From the NCBI GenBank assembly GCA_043228905.1, contig JBHGNT010000007.1, positions 9,238,001-9,302,000 of the forward strand: a DNA stretch of 64,000 nucleotides, in the 5' to 3' direction. The notes under the pieces were generated by a model. That model did not search any database, was not told the DNA's origin, and saw only the letters and a list, made by a program, of their open reading frames with translations. Both the position numbers and the translations under genes were made by a program. Origin of the DNA: Azolla caroliniana. Its lineage: Eukaryota > Plantae > Polypodiophyta. Numbering within the stretch: the first letter of the stretch is position 1; each line of letters begins with the position of its first letter. Of the stretch, positions 46,061 to 59,300 are shown piece by piece.

Positions 46061-48702
46061 CTAGAAGGCTGCAGAAGCGGGCTGCACTGAAACTGGCACA
46101 TACTTAAGAGGGAGGTGGTGGTGCTGATGCTGATGCTGATGCTTCTTCCTGATAATCACAGAGGATGATGCTGCGGCCTTCTGTGGCGATGGCGATGGCG
46201 GAGGAGGCGGCTTCCTGTCAGAGGAGAAGGCAACCGCCATGGAAGCTGTGGTGGAGGTGGAGGTGGAGGTGGAGATGGAGGCCCCCACTCGTTTGCAGGA
46301 GGGGCACATCGTGATTAGAGGGAAGGCCATGTCCTTCTCAGTCCTACTCCATGATGATGATAAGGAGGAGAATGCGCCGCCGTTCTGGTGGCTATACTTG
46401 CTCACCTTCATCGCCCTCAGTCCGATTACTTCCTTCTGTAACCGCCTGTTCTCTTCCGTTAGCGACTCAAAGCAACGCTTCAAAGCTTCGAAGTCCATCT
46501 CCGTTTGCTTTACCTTGGTCCTGGTCGTCATCCATCCAATCCATATATACATAATTAATTACATATGGAGCGAGCTGATTAGAAATCCAATCCATCCCAT
46601 CACATCAAAAAAGAATAGATCATTACAAGTTCAACTCTTATTAAGTAGTATGCGAGGAATCGATCATTACTGCACACAGATGATTTTTAATACAGATAAT
46701 AAGAGTGATGATTATACCCAGCTGATTAATGGCGTGGTAAATATAAGAATGATGGATCCTATTAACTCTATGCGATGCTGCAAAAACAACTTATTTTAAT
46801 TGCTAAAGAAAGATGCTAGGATGCACACTATTATAACGATTTATTTAAATTAGTACAAACTATTATACCTTGCTCTTCTATTCTGGAACCATACTTCCAC
46901 TTGCCGAGGCAGAAGAGCGAGTTGCTTGGCAAGGTCATTTTTCTGCTTCTGAAGACAACATTGTAATCTCAGTTACATTAGGAATAGAAATACTTTTAAG
47001 AGATTAGATTCAACGTTAGTTTGTACCTAAGGAGAGTATGTACTGTAGGAATACACAAGATTGAGTGGTTAAACTGTGCAATAATTCTTAGGTCAAGTTT
47101 CAAGATCACTGGTTATATAGCCTGGGAAAAAAGATCTCATTAATAGTAAACTTGATTGATGATGATGACATGAAAAATATTGATATAGAATGGAATGAAG
47201 GCGAAATGTGTGTTCTTTGAATCTCTGGCTCTTCAAGCATTAGAGCAGAGAAATTGCAAGTGTGTGTTCTATGAAGCTGCTCTTCTAGTTCCAGAATCCA
47301 ATCAGACACATGGTCACATTAATTGAACGCAAAGTAGTTTGTAGATATTATGGAAAAGAAAGCTGAATCTAGAGTCTAATCTAATTTAAGCAAATTTAGG
47401 TCACCTAAAATCATAACGAATCATGGATATATATATGCAGTTATTTTATGAATGAGAAGAATCATCACGGAGATACAAGCAGTTCATCAATGCCGATTTT
47501 CGTCAGGAACCTGGGCAGAGATGCATGATATACTCAATCCATTTCGGTCTAATCTTCGTCAACATTATGAAGGCCAATCTCCTGTTTAAATGGATAAATT
47601 CGAATGAATGATTAGAGCTGGTGATCGAGTATATTAAGTTTACCGGATTGAGAGTATTGTGTTCTTTGAAGCTCTCTTCGAGAAGAAAAGACTGTTCTGT
47701 GGAGAGCCGAAGCTTCTTTCTGGACGAAGAAATTGCTCCACGAAAGTCCGATCCAGTCATTCCAGGGTTACCAGGAGTAGTATCGTAAACGTTGTTGTGA
47801 CAGGCTTCACTCGTATATTGCAGAGAAGCATTAGCATTCATTTCTTCTTGAATGAGATCTGCAGAAGAATTAGCGGAAGAGGAAGAGGAGGAAGAAGAAG
47901 CAGAAGATCGTTCTCGTTTAGAGGATCTGCACAAATTAGTGATGGACGAGATTACAGAGTTCTTGTTCACATGTTGTAATGGTTGATCAAGATGATGTTT
48001 TTGTTGCTGCTGATAATGAGGAGGATACTGATGAAGAGGGAGGTGATGGTGATGATGAAGAGGAAGAGGACTCACAAGTTTTGGTTTCTGATTAAGATGA
48101 GGATGATTATTTTCTTCAGCAAGAATTGTGGTATTCTCTGCTGTATCAAGATTTGGTTCTACCACTCCATCGCTAGATGTTGTTGATGGTGAAGTGGAGG
48201 TCAATGGCATCTGGTTCATATCGATTATAGCATTATGGTCATCATGATCATCATGACGCCGAGAAATAGTAGAATCCTGAGTAAATATATGACTGCGTAA
48301 GTTACCGCCATAGCCAGTACTATGTGGATGTGATGAGGATGAGGATGTTCCTTTCCACTGATCGGCCAAGTTCGAAGGTTTAGCTGCTTGAATATTAAGA
48401 TGAAGCTGTGTTGCTTCATCTATTTCTTCTTCTGTACCTTCAATATTCAGTGGCGGAGAGGATTTTAATGGCGGGAAGAGCTCCATCAACTGAGCAGTTG
48501 ATGGGGAAGAAGCAGAGGATAGGGAAGATGGAGGTGGAGGAGGAGGAGGAGGCGATGAAACCCCAGCAGTGGTGGTGATGACAACAGAACCAGAACCAGA
48601 GCCAGAAACAGAAACAGAAGAAGAAGAAGAAGATGATGATGATGAAGATGAAGATGAAGAAGAAGAAGAAGAAGAAAGAAGCTGAAGATTTTGGAACGCC
48701 AT
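46061..48702 (-). CDS. Class II HD-Zip transcription factor (HAT/ATHB2-like); exons 48702-47644, 46948-46869, 46520-46061; ~532 aa
   Basis: [26 protein letters not shown] | [27 protein letters not shown] | TKVKQTE...[15 protein letters not shown]...MCPSCKR. GT-AG introns in phase, including the typical 80-bp exon. An extra intron in exon 1 cannot be excluded. Confidence 0.93.
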
Positions 48703-48738
48703 GGCCGAGACTAAAATCAGAGGAGGAGGAGGAGGGAC

Positions 48739-48746
48739 TATTTATA
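48739..48746 (-). promoter_or_regulatory. TATA box of the HD-Zip gene
   Basis: TATAAATA about 40 bp upstream of GCCATGG. Confidence 0.55.
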
Positions 48747-48749
48747 CTT

Positions 48750-48960
48750 GATGTATGTATGTATGTATGTATGTATGTATGTATGTATGTATGTATGTAT
48801 GTATTTATGTATGTATGTGTGTGTGTGTGTGTGTGTATGTATCTATCATCTATGTATGTATGTATGTATGTATGTATGTATGTATTTATGTATGTATGTG
48901 TGTGTGTGTGTGTATGTATCTATCATCTATGTATCTATGTATCTATGTATCTATGTGTGT
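48750..48960. repeat. Compound (TATG)n/(TG)n microsatellite
   Basis: Directly visible, with an internally duplicated block. Confidence 0.95.
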
Positions 48961-51900
48961 ATAATAAGTCTTCATTTGGGCTCATATAGTATGTACCATA
49001 CGTGCATTCTCGTTCGCGAATGATTCAAACCTTCAAGTATGGTAAATACCATACTTTTTTAGTAATTAAGTAATTATTTATTATAAGGTAAATTTTTTTT
49101 TAAAGGTAAGAAAGTTTAGGAAAAAAATTGTAAAACAAAAAAACAATAAGAATGTTTTGATAACATACGCATTTGTTTTCATCCGTATGAAAAAAAGAAT
49201 GTTTGCCAATGCATTCAGTATATTACGTACTGTGTTTTGGGCTAGCACAAACTGGATTAACCCAGGTTCAAATGAAGAATGCAACAATTTTGAACATTTG
49301 AAAGGCCCAAAGTATTCATTTGTATTCAAGAGAAAAAAAGGAGTTGTGCTATTGTGTGTTGAGAGGGGTTTTGTACATTACTCTCGGGGGTGTGCTTTCA
49401 TACGAAACGAAGAATGTACACACAATTTTGATCTCGAACTTTCTTGAGCCCTTCAATTTGTTCGGATTAACAACATTTTAGCCATTAATAAACTTGTGTC
49501 AATCTCATTTATGTTTTCGCTTTAGGTGTAAATCTTTATTAAGTTATCATTGGTTTATCTATGCTTATACGCATTAATAGCAATGATACAAACAATAAAT
49601 TTAACGTATGGTGATGACCACCTTGGACTCAGACGAAATGATTGTCAACTTATAATGGGAGCTCATTCCTTCAAGGACATAGATTCTGCATGGTCTACAC
49701 CAACATGCATACTTATTACTATCCAAAATTATTTAGGATACTAGAGTAGAGTGTTTGAATGCGCATTATCTCTTTTGGCACTTCTAGATGGAGTAATATC
49801 TTGTGGACCCAACATTTGCTAGGGCCAATGGCGATGACGTATGAGTTTTTCTCATATTACAGACTACGACATTTGTTGATTTGCATTAACTAGGAAAATT
49901 AGTAACAAGTTCCATTAACTATTAATGTTATCTACAAACAACCTTTCTCGAATGCTACGATTATTGAAACTATTAGTTATTAGATGAAGTGAAAAGGTTA
50001 TCCTTAGTTATGGTTTTTAGGAATATTAATCTAACACATACACTAACCATGTTACATGCCTTTACATTATTGTAATCATAGATTGACATATTTGCATTCA
50101 TGGGGCCTGCCTCACGAATGCATGCGAATACATGTAAATGTTTTCGTCTTTTTTTTTTTTTGAAAATACTAATTTATTTATTTTTAACTGTTTTTTTTTC
50201 TATGAGTGAGTGAACAGCAAGCAACAAGTGAGGAAGCCTCACCCTACTCCCTGTGCGTGATGCTTACACCCTCGCCTCCCTCTACGTCCCGTTCTCAGTC
50301 TGTATATGTATATATGTGTGTATATATGTATGTGTGTATATACATATATGTAAACGAATGGTTTTTATAATATTCTTGGGGCCATTTTCTATTCTCGAAC
50401 ATCACGAATATCACAGATGTCGAATATCACGCATGTATCAATCTATGATTGTAATGTTTGTAACTTATGAGCAATGGTGATTTCGTCAACTTAGGTAGGT
50501 TATACATTCTTTAACATACCTTCTTTTCTTTGCCTTTGTTTTATAACTTGAATTCTCTATATTTTGATGTTGTAATGTAAACCAACAAGACAATAACCGA
50601 AGAGAGGAAGAAACATATCAATTGATTAATTTATTTTACCCAGAATTATTGGAGGTCAAATATGAATTTATCAGAACAAAGCACAACATTTTTAAGTAGT
50701 TGGTAAGCGACTCTTGATGTTCCATTATTTTACTTGGAGAGTGCACATCTCAATTAAGAGCGAAATAAGTGCAAGCTTAAATGTGATCGAAGGTAGAGAG
50801 TTGCAGGAAAATCTTCTATGACGTATACTACCTCAAGTCCAACTTTGAAAAGGCTAGAGGTTCCACTTGTACTAGTAAGTTTCCAAAAACAATAGAGCAC
50901 TTCACTATATATTGTTAATATGCTTATCTTTATTCATATGTATCAATGAAATTGCGTCACACACAACTTGCATTATCTTAGGTGCAACAAATCATCCTTT
51001 CTTATGATTCATTTTGATGACGCCATCTATAGTCAATCAAGGAAAGTCAACACATAGAAATGTCATGGACTTTCTTTCAGTATCTTGAGGGATCTAAACG
51101 ATCTTCTGACACTCATGAAGGCTATTGCCTAAGTTTTGAATTATCGAAGAAATCGTTATGATAGTCGACAATTTAGATGCGAAAAATGTCGGATATTTCT
51201 TTGCTTAGTTTGTGCACATAAAGGTACAAACTTTGCTTCATGAACCAATGATAAAAAGTGGGTTGCGTGTGACTTGTGCTAGTATCCCAATACGATTACA
51301 TTGTGACTGCGAACTTCTTTTTTCATCTCAATATATATATATATATAATAATAATATATATATATATCCTAAAAGGTCCATTGCACCTACATTCTACAAA
51401 CTTATCCAACAAATATCCGATTTCATTAGATGGCAAAGGGTACACGCTAAACCTAATCATATAGAAGACCCACCATTCATGGAAAGTATGAGAAACTAGA
51501 GTTTAGGAAGCACCAACCAATATTTTATTGTTCTGATGAGGGACACTAATGAGATCTTTCTTACAATATTTTATCTACCAAATCTGTTATTGTAATCAAT
51601 GTAAAATATAATACCTTGATGAAGAACTTTTCTTCTCTCTTTATTGAGACATTTCCAATGATGGAGGTCTAGAAATTGATATCCATGGGATTTTTATTTT
51701 CTTTTAAACTATTCCTAGAAAAACAACAGAGGAAATTGACTAGTTATGATCTTATTTTAAGCTCTCAAATGTGTTGACGAGTCATCTTTGTATGCACTAT
51801 CCGAAATTTTAATCATTTTACTTACACCAATGAGATATCGTCTACAACCTACCAATGTCTTTATAAGGAAATAGGAACTCATTTGACAAAATTTCTAGAA

Positions 51901-54900
51901 TAGATCTTTTCCATGTTGAAAGCCATGTTCAGAGAGAGTATCTTTCTTTCTTCCTAAGGAAATCAAACACTCAATCATTTCAAACTATGAGATAAGGACA
52001 CAACCATATGATCATTTACAGAAATTTCCAATATGAGTATCTTCTTATAGTAAAAAATTACAGTTCTAAAACAATACGTTATTCACTCATTTAAATAACC
52101 ACGTTAATGATACTCAAAGGTAGCATCAAAGAGATTGTATGATAATGGGGACACCTTGACGTTGCAACTTGTAACGATCAACATTACATATTGTGCCCTA
52201 AGTGGAATATGTAAATCAATTTAATCTTTCCATCGAATATTAATAAACAAAAATTCAACGTCAATATGATTGATGCATTGGGTACTTAGTAGAATACAAC
52301 CCCTTCATTTATGTTTGCACCTCAACCATGATGCTTCTCGAGTTGAACTTGTGATAAACGGTACAATACAATGAAGTATGATGCTTGACACTCGACAAAC
52401 TTATAAAGCATATCTTATGAAGATCTTGTCCTTTAATACCTCAGAATGTGTGACTTATCTCAAGACTTATACCTCCATTGTAGTGATAAGTTCAATGATG
52501 TCACCTAAGAATGAAGTTTCTTAAGCAATAGGATGCATCAAGATTTTACTCTATATTATATTGACCATTACATGAATAAGCAACATGATGTGGAAACATT
52601 GAATAATGCCAACATCAATGGAGTATGGTAATGAGGTAATTTGCTAGCATATAGAAGATAATGGTATGAAACTTTCAAACATGGAAATTTTGCATGACAA
52701 GGTCGGCATCTCCAAAGTTAACAACTAGATTAGGACACAACTTCTTTGGTGAATCTCTAAAGAAATACCATCACGCTATGCACTACATTACGGGTAACTA
52801 TATATAGTGAATGAGTATTCTTTGTAGGGGAAAAGGACCATATAAACATTGGCGTAACTACTTTTTTAATTGGTATATTTTATAGGGGAAAACTATCTAA
52901 AATAAGTCATACATTGAAAGCCAACATGATCTAGTCAATAAGCACTAGTTTATCCATAATCCACTTGGGCATTCTATGCATTATTTGTTAAAAACAACCA
53001 CCACCAACATTGGTTCCCCACATAAAGTGCAAGCTCCGTGAGTTGTGGAACATAACATTTCTTTTGTGAGGCATGCTCATTAATTCACCAAGTCTCAATT
53101 CATTATGAACGAAAAACCTCCACAACGATTCCATAACTTGAGAATTGGGGAAACATCATCCTCTATATGATTAAACTTTAGTTTGTTTGCCTTGTCCCAA
53201 ATGACCTAGGCGCCATGATGAAAATCATGATCATGAAGACGTGTTATTGGATTAGACATTAACATGATCAATAACAAGATTTATGTTGAACAAGAGTTAA
53301 CCTCATCATCAGTTGGATATATATCATTGGTTTCACAAATATAGTTTCAAGGTGGGTCCCGACGACCATGCCCATGCCATGCGAGTCATGACCCTATACA
53401 TCATCATGAACATATGGATGTATGACTTTCAGCGCACAGAGTCATTATAGAGCCCTTTCTATATGCATTTAAATAGAATTTGTAAAATAATTTAAAAATC
53501 TACCAAAACATCTTTTGCCAACCAAGTAAAATACTCATTAGTCCTTATCTCTCCCAACATGTTTGAGGATGAAACAATATATTTTGCATGTAGATATTAC
53601 GGAAATTTAGATGTACACAAAGAGACATATCATTAAGGGCAAAATTTTTGGTTATAAATTATTTTAAAATGAAACATAAAATGAGGTTTTCTGTAGAGCC
53701 TAGTCTTCTCTTTTACATCTAAAATGGATTACGAGACTTGATTTCACTACATAACATCAAGTACTTTTTAACTCCATAGTACTCTAAAAGATAATGGATG
53801 GCATAGAAAAGCATGTAGCCATTAGGATTTAAGGATGCATGGGGGAGAGGTGTACATTTCTTGAATAGGATGAACATTTGTGAGGCCACTCCAACATAGG
53901 GGAATTCCTTCTTTTTGTGCCCAAATGTAGGCTTGTTTTAGATTTGTGAATTACCTAGTGGAACATTATGTTTTTGTTAGATTGAGATTTATTAGATGTG
54001 GCAATGTTTTGCCCCACATGAATTTGATTTTGTCTCAGTATATTTAGTGAACATATACCTAATCAAATCGAGCCATTTCTACTCACATAATCGCCATTTT
54101 AATGGAATGTAGAACGTTTAAGCCCACTGGTGCTTCACCTTACTTTATGTCGTCTAATGGATTATTTCATTCTTTTCATTGCAGACAAATTCATGTTTCA
54201 TGCATGTAGGTCATTTGGGCGTCTGTATAAATTGTAAATAAGGCGTGGATGGGAGGGAAAAGGGCCATATGGATACTAATCCTCCATTACTTTTATTTTT
54301 TCAATTGTTTGATGTTGAGGCCTCAATTCACACTTGAACGGAAATCCTCCTACAAAATCTGCATTGTATGTAACAATCTTTGTGCATATATGTGTGCGTG
54401 TGTGTATGTACATATATTCCGTTAGGTCCATTTTTCACAAATAATATATTAGTGTGTGGATATACCTTGTCTTCTTTAACAAATTATGTACATGGTCAAA
54501 CGAAAGTTGATAGTCAAAGTTCATGATTTTAAGGCTTTTAACTTTTAGCATGCCATTTATTATTATGCATAACTTATAAGGCATTCAAATGTATTGACAT
54601 ATGTCTAAAATCTTTCATTACTTATATGCAATTATTGCCCAATTCCTAAAGGTACTACTATTAACACATCAAAGTGAGTCTAAGTGTCCTTAGAGTACCA
54701 TATCATCATTAATTCACTCATCATTCATGAATCATCATGATCTATTGCCTCCCCCTGAAATGAGACAATCATTCAAAATTCCAACATCCATTTGTTCAAA
54801 CTTCCTTTTACTAAAACAAATTACCTACATATCTACACACAAGTTACCCTCCACTTTCCATTTAAAATTGAAAGTCATTACAAAACTCTCCTACTTGAAT

Positions 54901-55802
54901 ATTGATTTTTATTCATAGGTCACACGGGTGATTGATAGTCCACAAGGATAACACAATTTATAAACTTTAATTGAGCAAGCGAGACACAGAGAGCATGTAC
55001 AGTTGATGTAGTGTTTTTGAGACCTTCCAAAATTTCTGTTTTATCTAATTAATACAAACAAATTCGGACGAAGGGAGAGGGAAGTGTATCAACATCTTTA
55101 AAGAGGTCAATGTGCCCTATGAGACCCGAACTACATATATATTATAGTTATAACTTGTTCGCTTGTTCGAGAATTGAAGGTTAATAAGCACTAAATAATG
55201 ATGTTTATCATGACGAAGGTCATCAATCAATTCAAACTATACAAGCTATAATTTAAAATGAGATGAGCATCAAACATGCTTTAACTTTTCTTGTAATTCC
55301 TTCAATATAGTCGTAATTTGTAATCTTGAATGACATGAGTTCTTTGATGTGTCGTAATCTCCTCTTTCCAGAAGAAAATTGTGCTCAAAGATTTTTGCGC
55401 AAGGCTAGATTTCACATGAATCTAAATCAATTTAAAGTTAGATGAACAATTTCGTTTAATTTCAGAGAACAAAATATTGTGCATTATGTTTATTTTGATA
55501 TCTTAAAATTCTTCTAACATATTTTACAATGATACTCATGTCCATTACTTTATTTTTCAAGATTTTTAGCATTACTTTTGACTCCATCAACACCAACAAC
55601 TATTATTTTAATCAAGTGATTGTATGTTTAATGATTTCATTGTTGCTAGTTTTCTCAAGGGAAGGTTTAGGGTATAATATAGATGTTAATTTTCACCTCC
55701 TACTAAAGGTGAACAACGATACATTTTGGGCACACTAATCCTCAAAAGTAATGGTCCAACATGTTATTCTTTATGGAGATCGTCAAGCCCCATGAGTAAC
55801 GG

Positions 55803-56317
55803 TGTCATGAAGAATTCCGGCCATATGATGAAAAAAGGGTCGAGGGCATGAGAACGGGGTTTTCGGCGTGAGGAGGACCGGTCGGACAAACGTGTGAGTG
55901 GGGGTGTGCAAATAGGCACAAAACGCAAGGACCGGAGTACAATAAATGTAAGTATGTGTAGAATATTTAAGGTACTAGGTAGAGTAGTTATTGGGAACTT
56001 TATGTCCCACATGTATAGAGAATACAAATAAGTTTAGATGGAGAGAATCGAGGGCAATCTCTGACAGAAAATGCGGCCATTTACTTGAGATGTAACGACC
56101 TCCCCTTGTGCTATAAAAGGGGAGGTTTGAGACTGTTTAGGGATCCTAGTTTTGGGAGAACGAAGTGCTACCAGACCGAGCTCTGTAGACTTCGGCTTCT
56201 CTGTGTTCAGTGTTCTATTGTCGTGCTGCGAGGCCTGCATTTCGCGTTGGTAGCCTGTGTGCTCCTAACCGGAGGGTCGCCATCGTCTGTGTGGGTGCAT
56301 TTAGAGCTCGAAGCTCC
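55803..56317 (+). mobile_element. LTR fragment E1, interrupted by Copia D
   Basis: Starts TGTCATGAAGAATTCCGGC (compare 62583 TGTCGTGAAGATTTTCGGC), with CTATAAAAG near 56112. Confidence 0.55.
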
Positions 56318-59300
56318 TGTGAAGAAAATAGCGCTCGGCCACAACCGAGTCTTAGATTCACTTCTTCAAGAATCAAACATAGAAATGGGAATAGAGATGA
56401 ATACTCGTACACCAAAAGAAAGTACACAACATGTTTACCGGGAAAATCCTAATAGGGAAAAACCACGGGAGCCCACAGACTCCAAGCTATCACTATATGA
56501 GAAAGGTACAATCAGAGACTCGGAGGCAACGACCTCGAGCTCTGTTTCTTCGCCAAGCGGCGGTTACAACAGAGTATCGCTCTCTCTGGTGAATAAGGTT
56601 GCAAGAGAAGAAGGATTGAATGGCCCCAATTTGATGCAACATGTTATCTTATTGCTTCTATATGCAGATGATGTGGTACTCTTCTCATATGATGTTGATA
56701 GTATGCAACATTTACTTGGGGTATTAGAAGAATTTTGCCATAGTAGTGGACTAGCAGTGAATGTGACGAAAACAAAAATGATGGTAGTGCAAACCATCCA
56801 ACCTCATCATTACCCTATGCTCACATATAAAGGTGAACATATACAATTTGTTCAAAGCTTTAAATATCTTGGTATTGATGTACCCGCCACAAATAAATGG
56901 AGTGCATGCTTTGATTCTAGACTCCAAGCCGGTTGGAAATCATATTACCTTTTGGAGAACCAATGCAACCAAAGTGATACTTGTGGATGGGAAGTAAAAT
57001 TAATGTTGTTCAATGCCATGGTAACTCAAGTATTGCTTTATGGAGTAGAAGTATGGGGTGGCACCATCTCTCTTAATGCATGGAACGAGATTGAGAAAAT
57101 TCAAAAGATGTTTTTAAGGAGGCAATTAGGAGTTAAATGCACTACCTCTTACTAGGTTATGCTCTTGGAAACGGGTGTTCGACCCATAGAACTATTGGCA
57201 CTCCAAAGAGTATATAAAAGAATCATAAAAGTAAGATTCTCTCATCTGGTTGGGTTGTTGACATAAAGAAATGGTTTAGAAGATGGGGTGTGGATGATCT
57301 TTTAGCGCTTTCAGGCAATGCTATGCAATATGTAATGATTGAGGAAAGGTTGGTGGAATCATTAACGATGAAGTGGGAGGATGCTAAGAGGACAAAGCTA
57401 GAATACTACATTGCAAATGTCAACCCTGAATGTTGGTCTCAATATAAAGCAAGAATGTCTATTGATCGTATCCAACCTTATCTCATTACAAATATGAGTA
57501 GCAATGCTCGTAGAGCCCTTACACTACTTCGCACTCGATCTCACAAGTTAGGTATTGAAGTTGCATCATTGAAGTTAGGTAACGAATTTGAAGACACATC
57601 GTAAAGTATGCAATGAAGACATGGTAGAGGATGAATGTCACTTGCTCTTCACATGCTCGACATATAGTGCAATTCGTTCAAGATATGTTGACATACTAAG
57701 AGGGAGTGATAACTTAAGATCCATACTTAAGACACCACCTAGAAGGTTGAGCTCATATGTGTATGCTTTATTAACACATAGAGACTTTGTGCTTCAACAT
57801 ATGAATACCCCTTCTTAGGAAGGAGACATATATCAAGAACACATCATGTATACTCTAGTCCCATAGGTCAAAATTGGCCTCTTTATGGACGATAAAAATT
57901 CTAATTCTAATTCTCTCTCTCTCTCTACAACATTTATACACATACAACAACATGATAACACTCACTGTCCACGCTCACTATAAAGTGATTGCCCTAAGTC
58001 ATATTTATACTTATATGAACTTAGGGCTATTTACAAATATAGCCTCAATAGGCTTACTCAACACATTTACAAATGTGTCTTCTCTTCCGGTTCTTACCGG
58101 GTTCGTCCGATCCAGTTCTCACCGGGCCCATCCGATCCGGTTCTCACCGGGCCCTCTTTATTCATAACCGGATCCCATCCGGAGGGACCGATTTCCCAAC
58201 AATCTCCCCCTTCACTCCGGCATGGGATGTCTTGTTAGCCCGATCCACTTTCGGCACACGTCCAGCTTGTCGGTTGTCAACACCTTGGTTAGCATATCTG
58301 ACCCGTTCTCCTCCATGTGGATCTTCGTCAGCACGAACTCTTGATCTTCTACTCTCTCCCAGATCCAGTAGTACTGCCGCTGGATGTGCTTTGTCTTGGA
58401 GTGGTACGCCATGTTCTTTTCAAGGTGGATGACACTTTGACTATCGCAGTGGAGCCGATATTCCTCATGTTGGATCCCTAGCTCTCCGATGAAGTCCTTC
58501 ATCCAGATTACCTCCTTGCTGGCTTCCACAATTGCCATGTACTCCGCCTCTATGGTTGACAACACGACTGTCTTTTGTAGCCTCAATTGCCACGAAATAA
58601 CTCCCCCTGCATAAGTCATGACATATCCGGATGTAGACTGGATGGTATCCGCATCAACCGACATATTCGAATTGGTGAAGCCTTCCAAGAGGGGTTTACC
58701 GGAGCCGAATCGGAGGCACATACTTGAGGTGCCTTTCAAGTACCAGAGTACCCACTTTACCGCGTTCCAGTGCTCTATTTTTGGATTTCTCATGAACCAG
58801 CTCACCACTCCGATTGAATATCCGATATCCGGACGGGTACATACCATCGCGTGCATCAAGTTTCCGATGACAGAAGCATATGGTATCTTCATCATATCCG
58901 TCTTCTCCGCCTTTATCCTCGGGCTTTGTTTTCTAGATAGCTTGTAGTTTGCCGGGAGTGTTGATTCAACTGGTTTTGCCTCCGACGTGTTGAACCGTTG
59001 AAGCACCTTTGTCACATACTTCTCTTGTGACAACCACAACAGCTTCTTCGACCGGTCCCGGATGATGTGCATTCTCAATATCTGTCTTGCCGGACCAAGT
59101 CTTTCATTGAGAAGGTCCGGTTTAGAGCCTTCTTCAGTATCCGAATCTTGCCTTGGTCTCGTCCGACGATCAACATATCATCCACATATAGGAGCAGTAT
59201 CAGGAAATCTCCTCCGTCAAATTTCTTCGCAAACACGCAGTGATCGGCCTGCGTCTTGTGGTACCCTTGGTCGGTCATGAAGGAATCGAACTTCCGGTAC

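Noticed and set aside
48633-49023. MYVC-repeat ORFs
   Set aside because: Microsatellite translations.
49636-49644. AAATGATTG as an HD-Zip II autoregulatory site
   Set aside because: A single imperfect match, expected by chance in AT-rich DNA.
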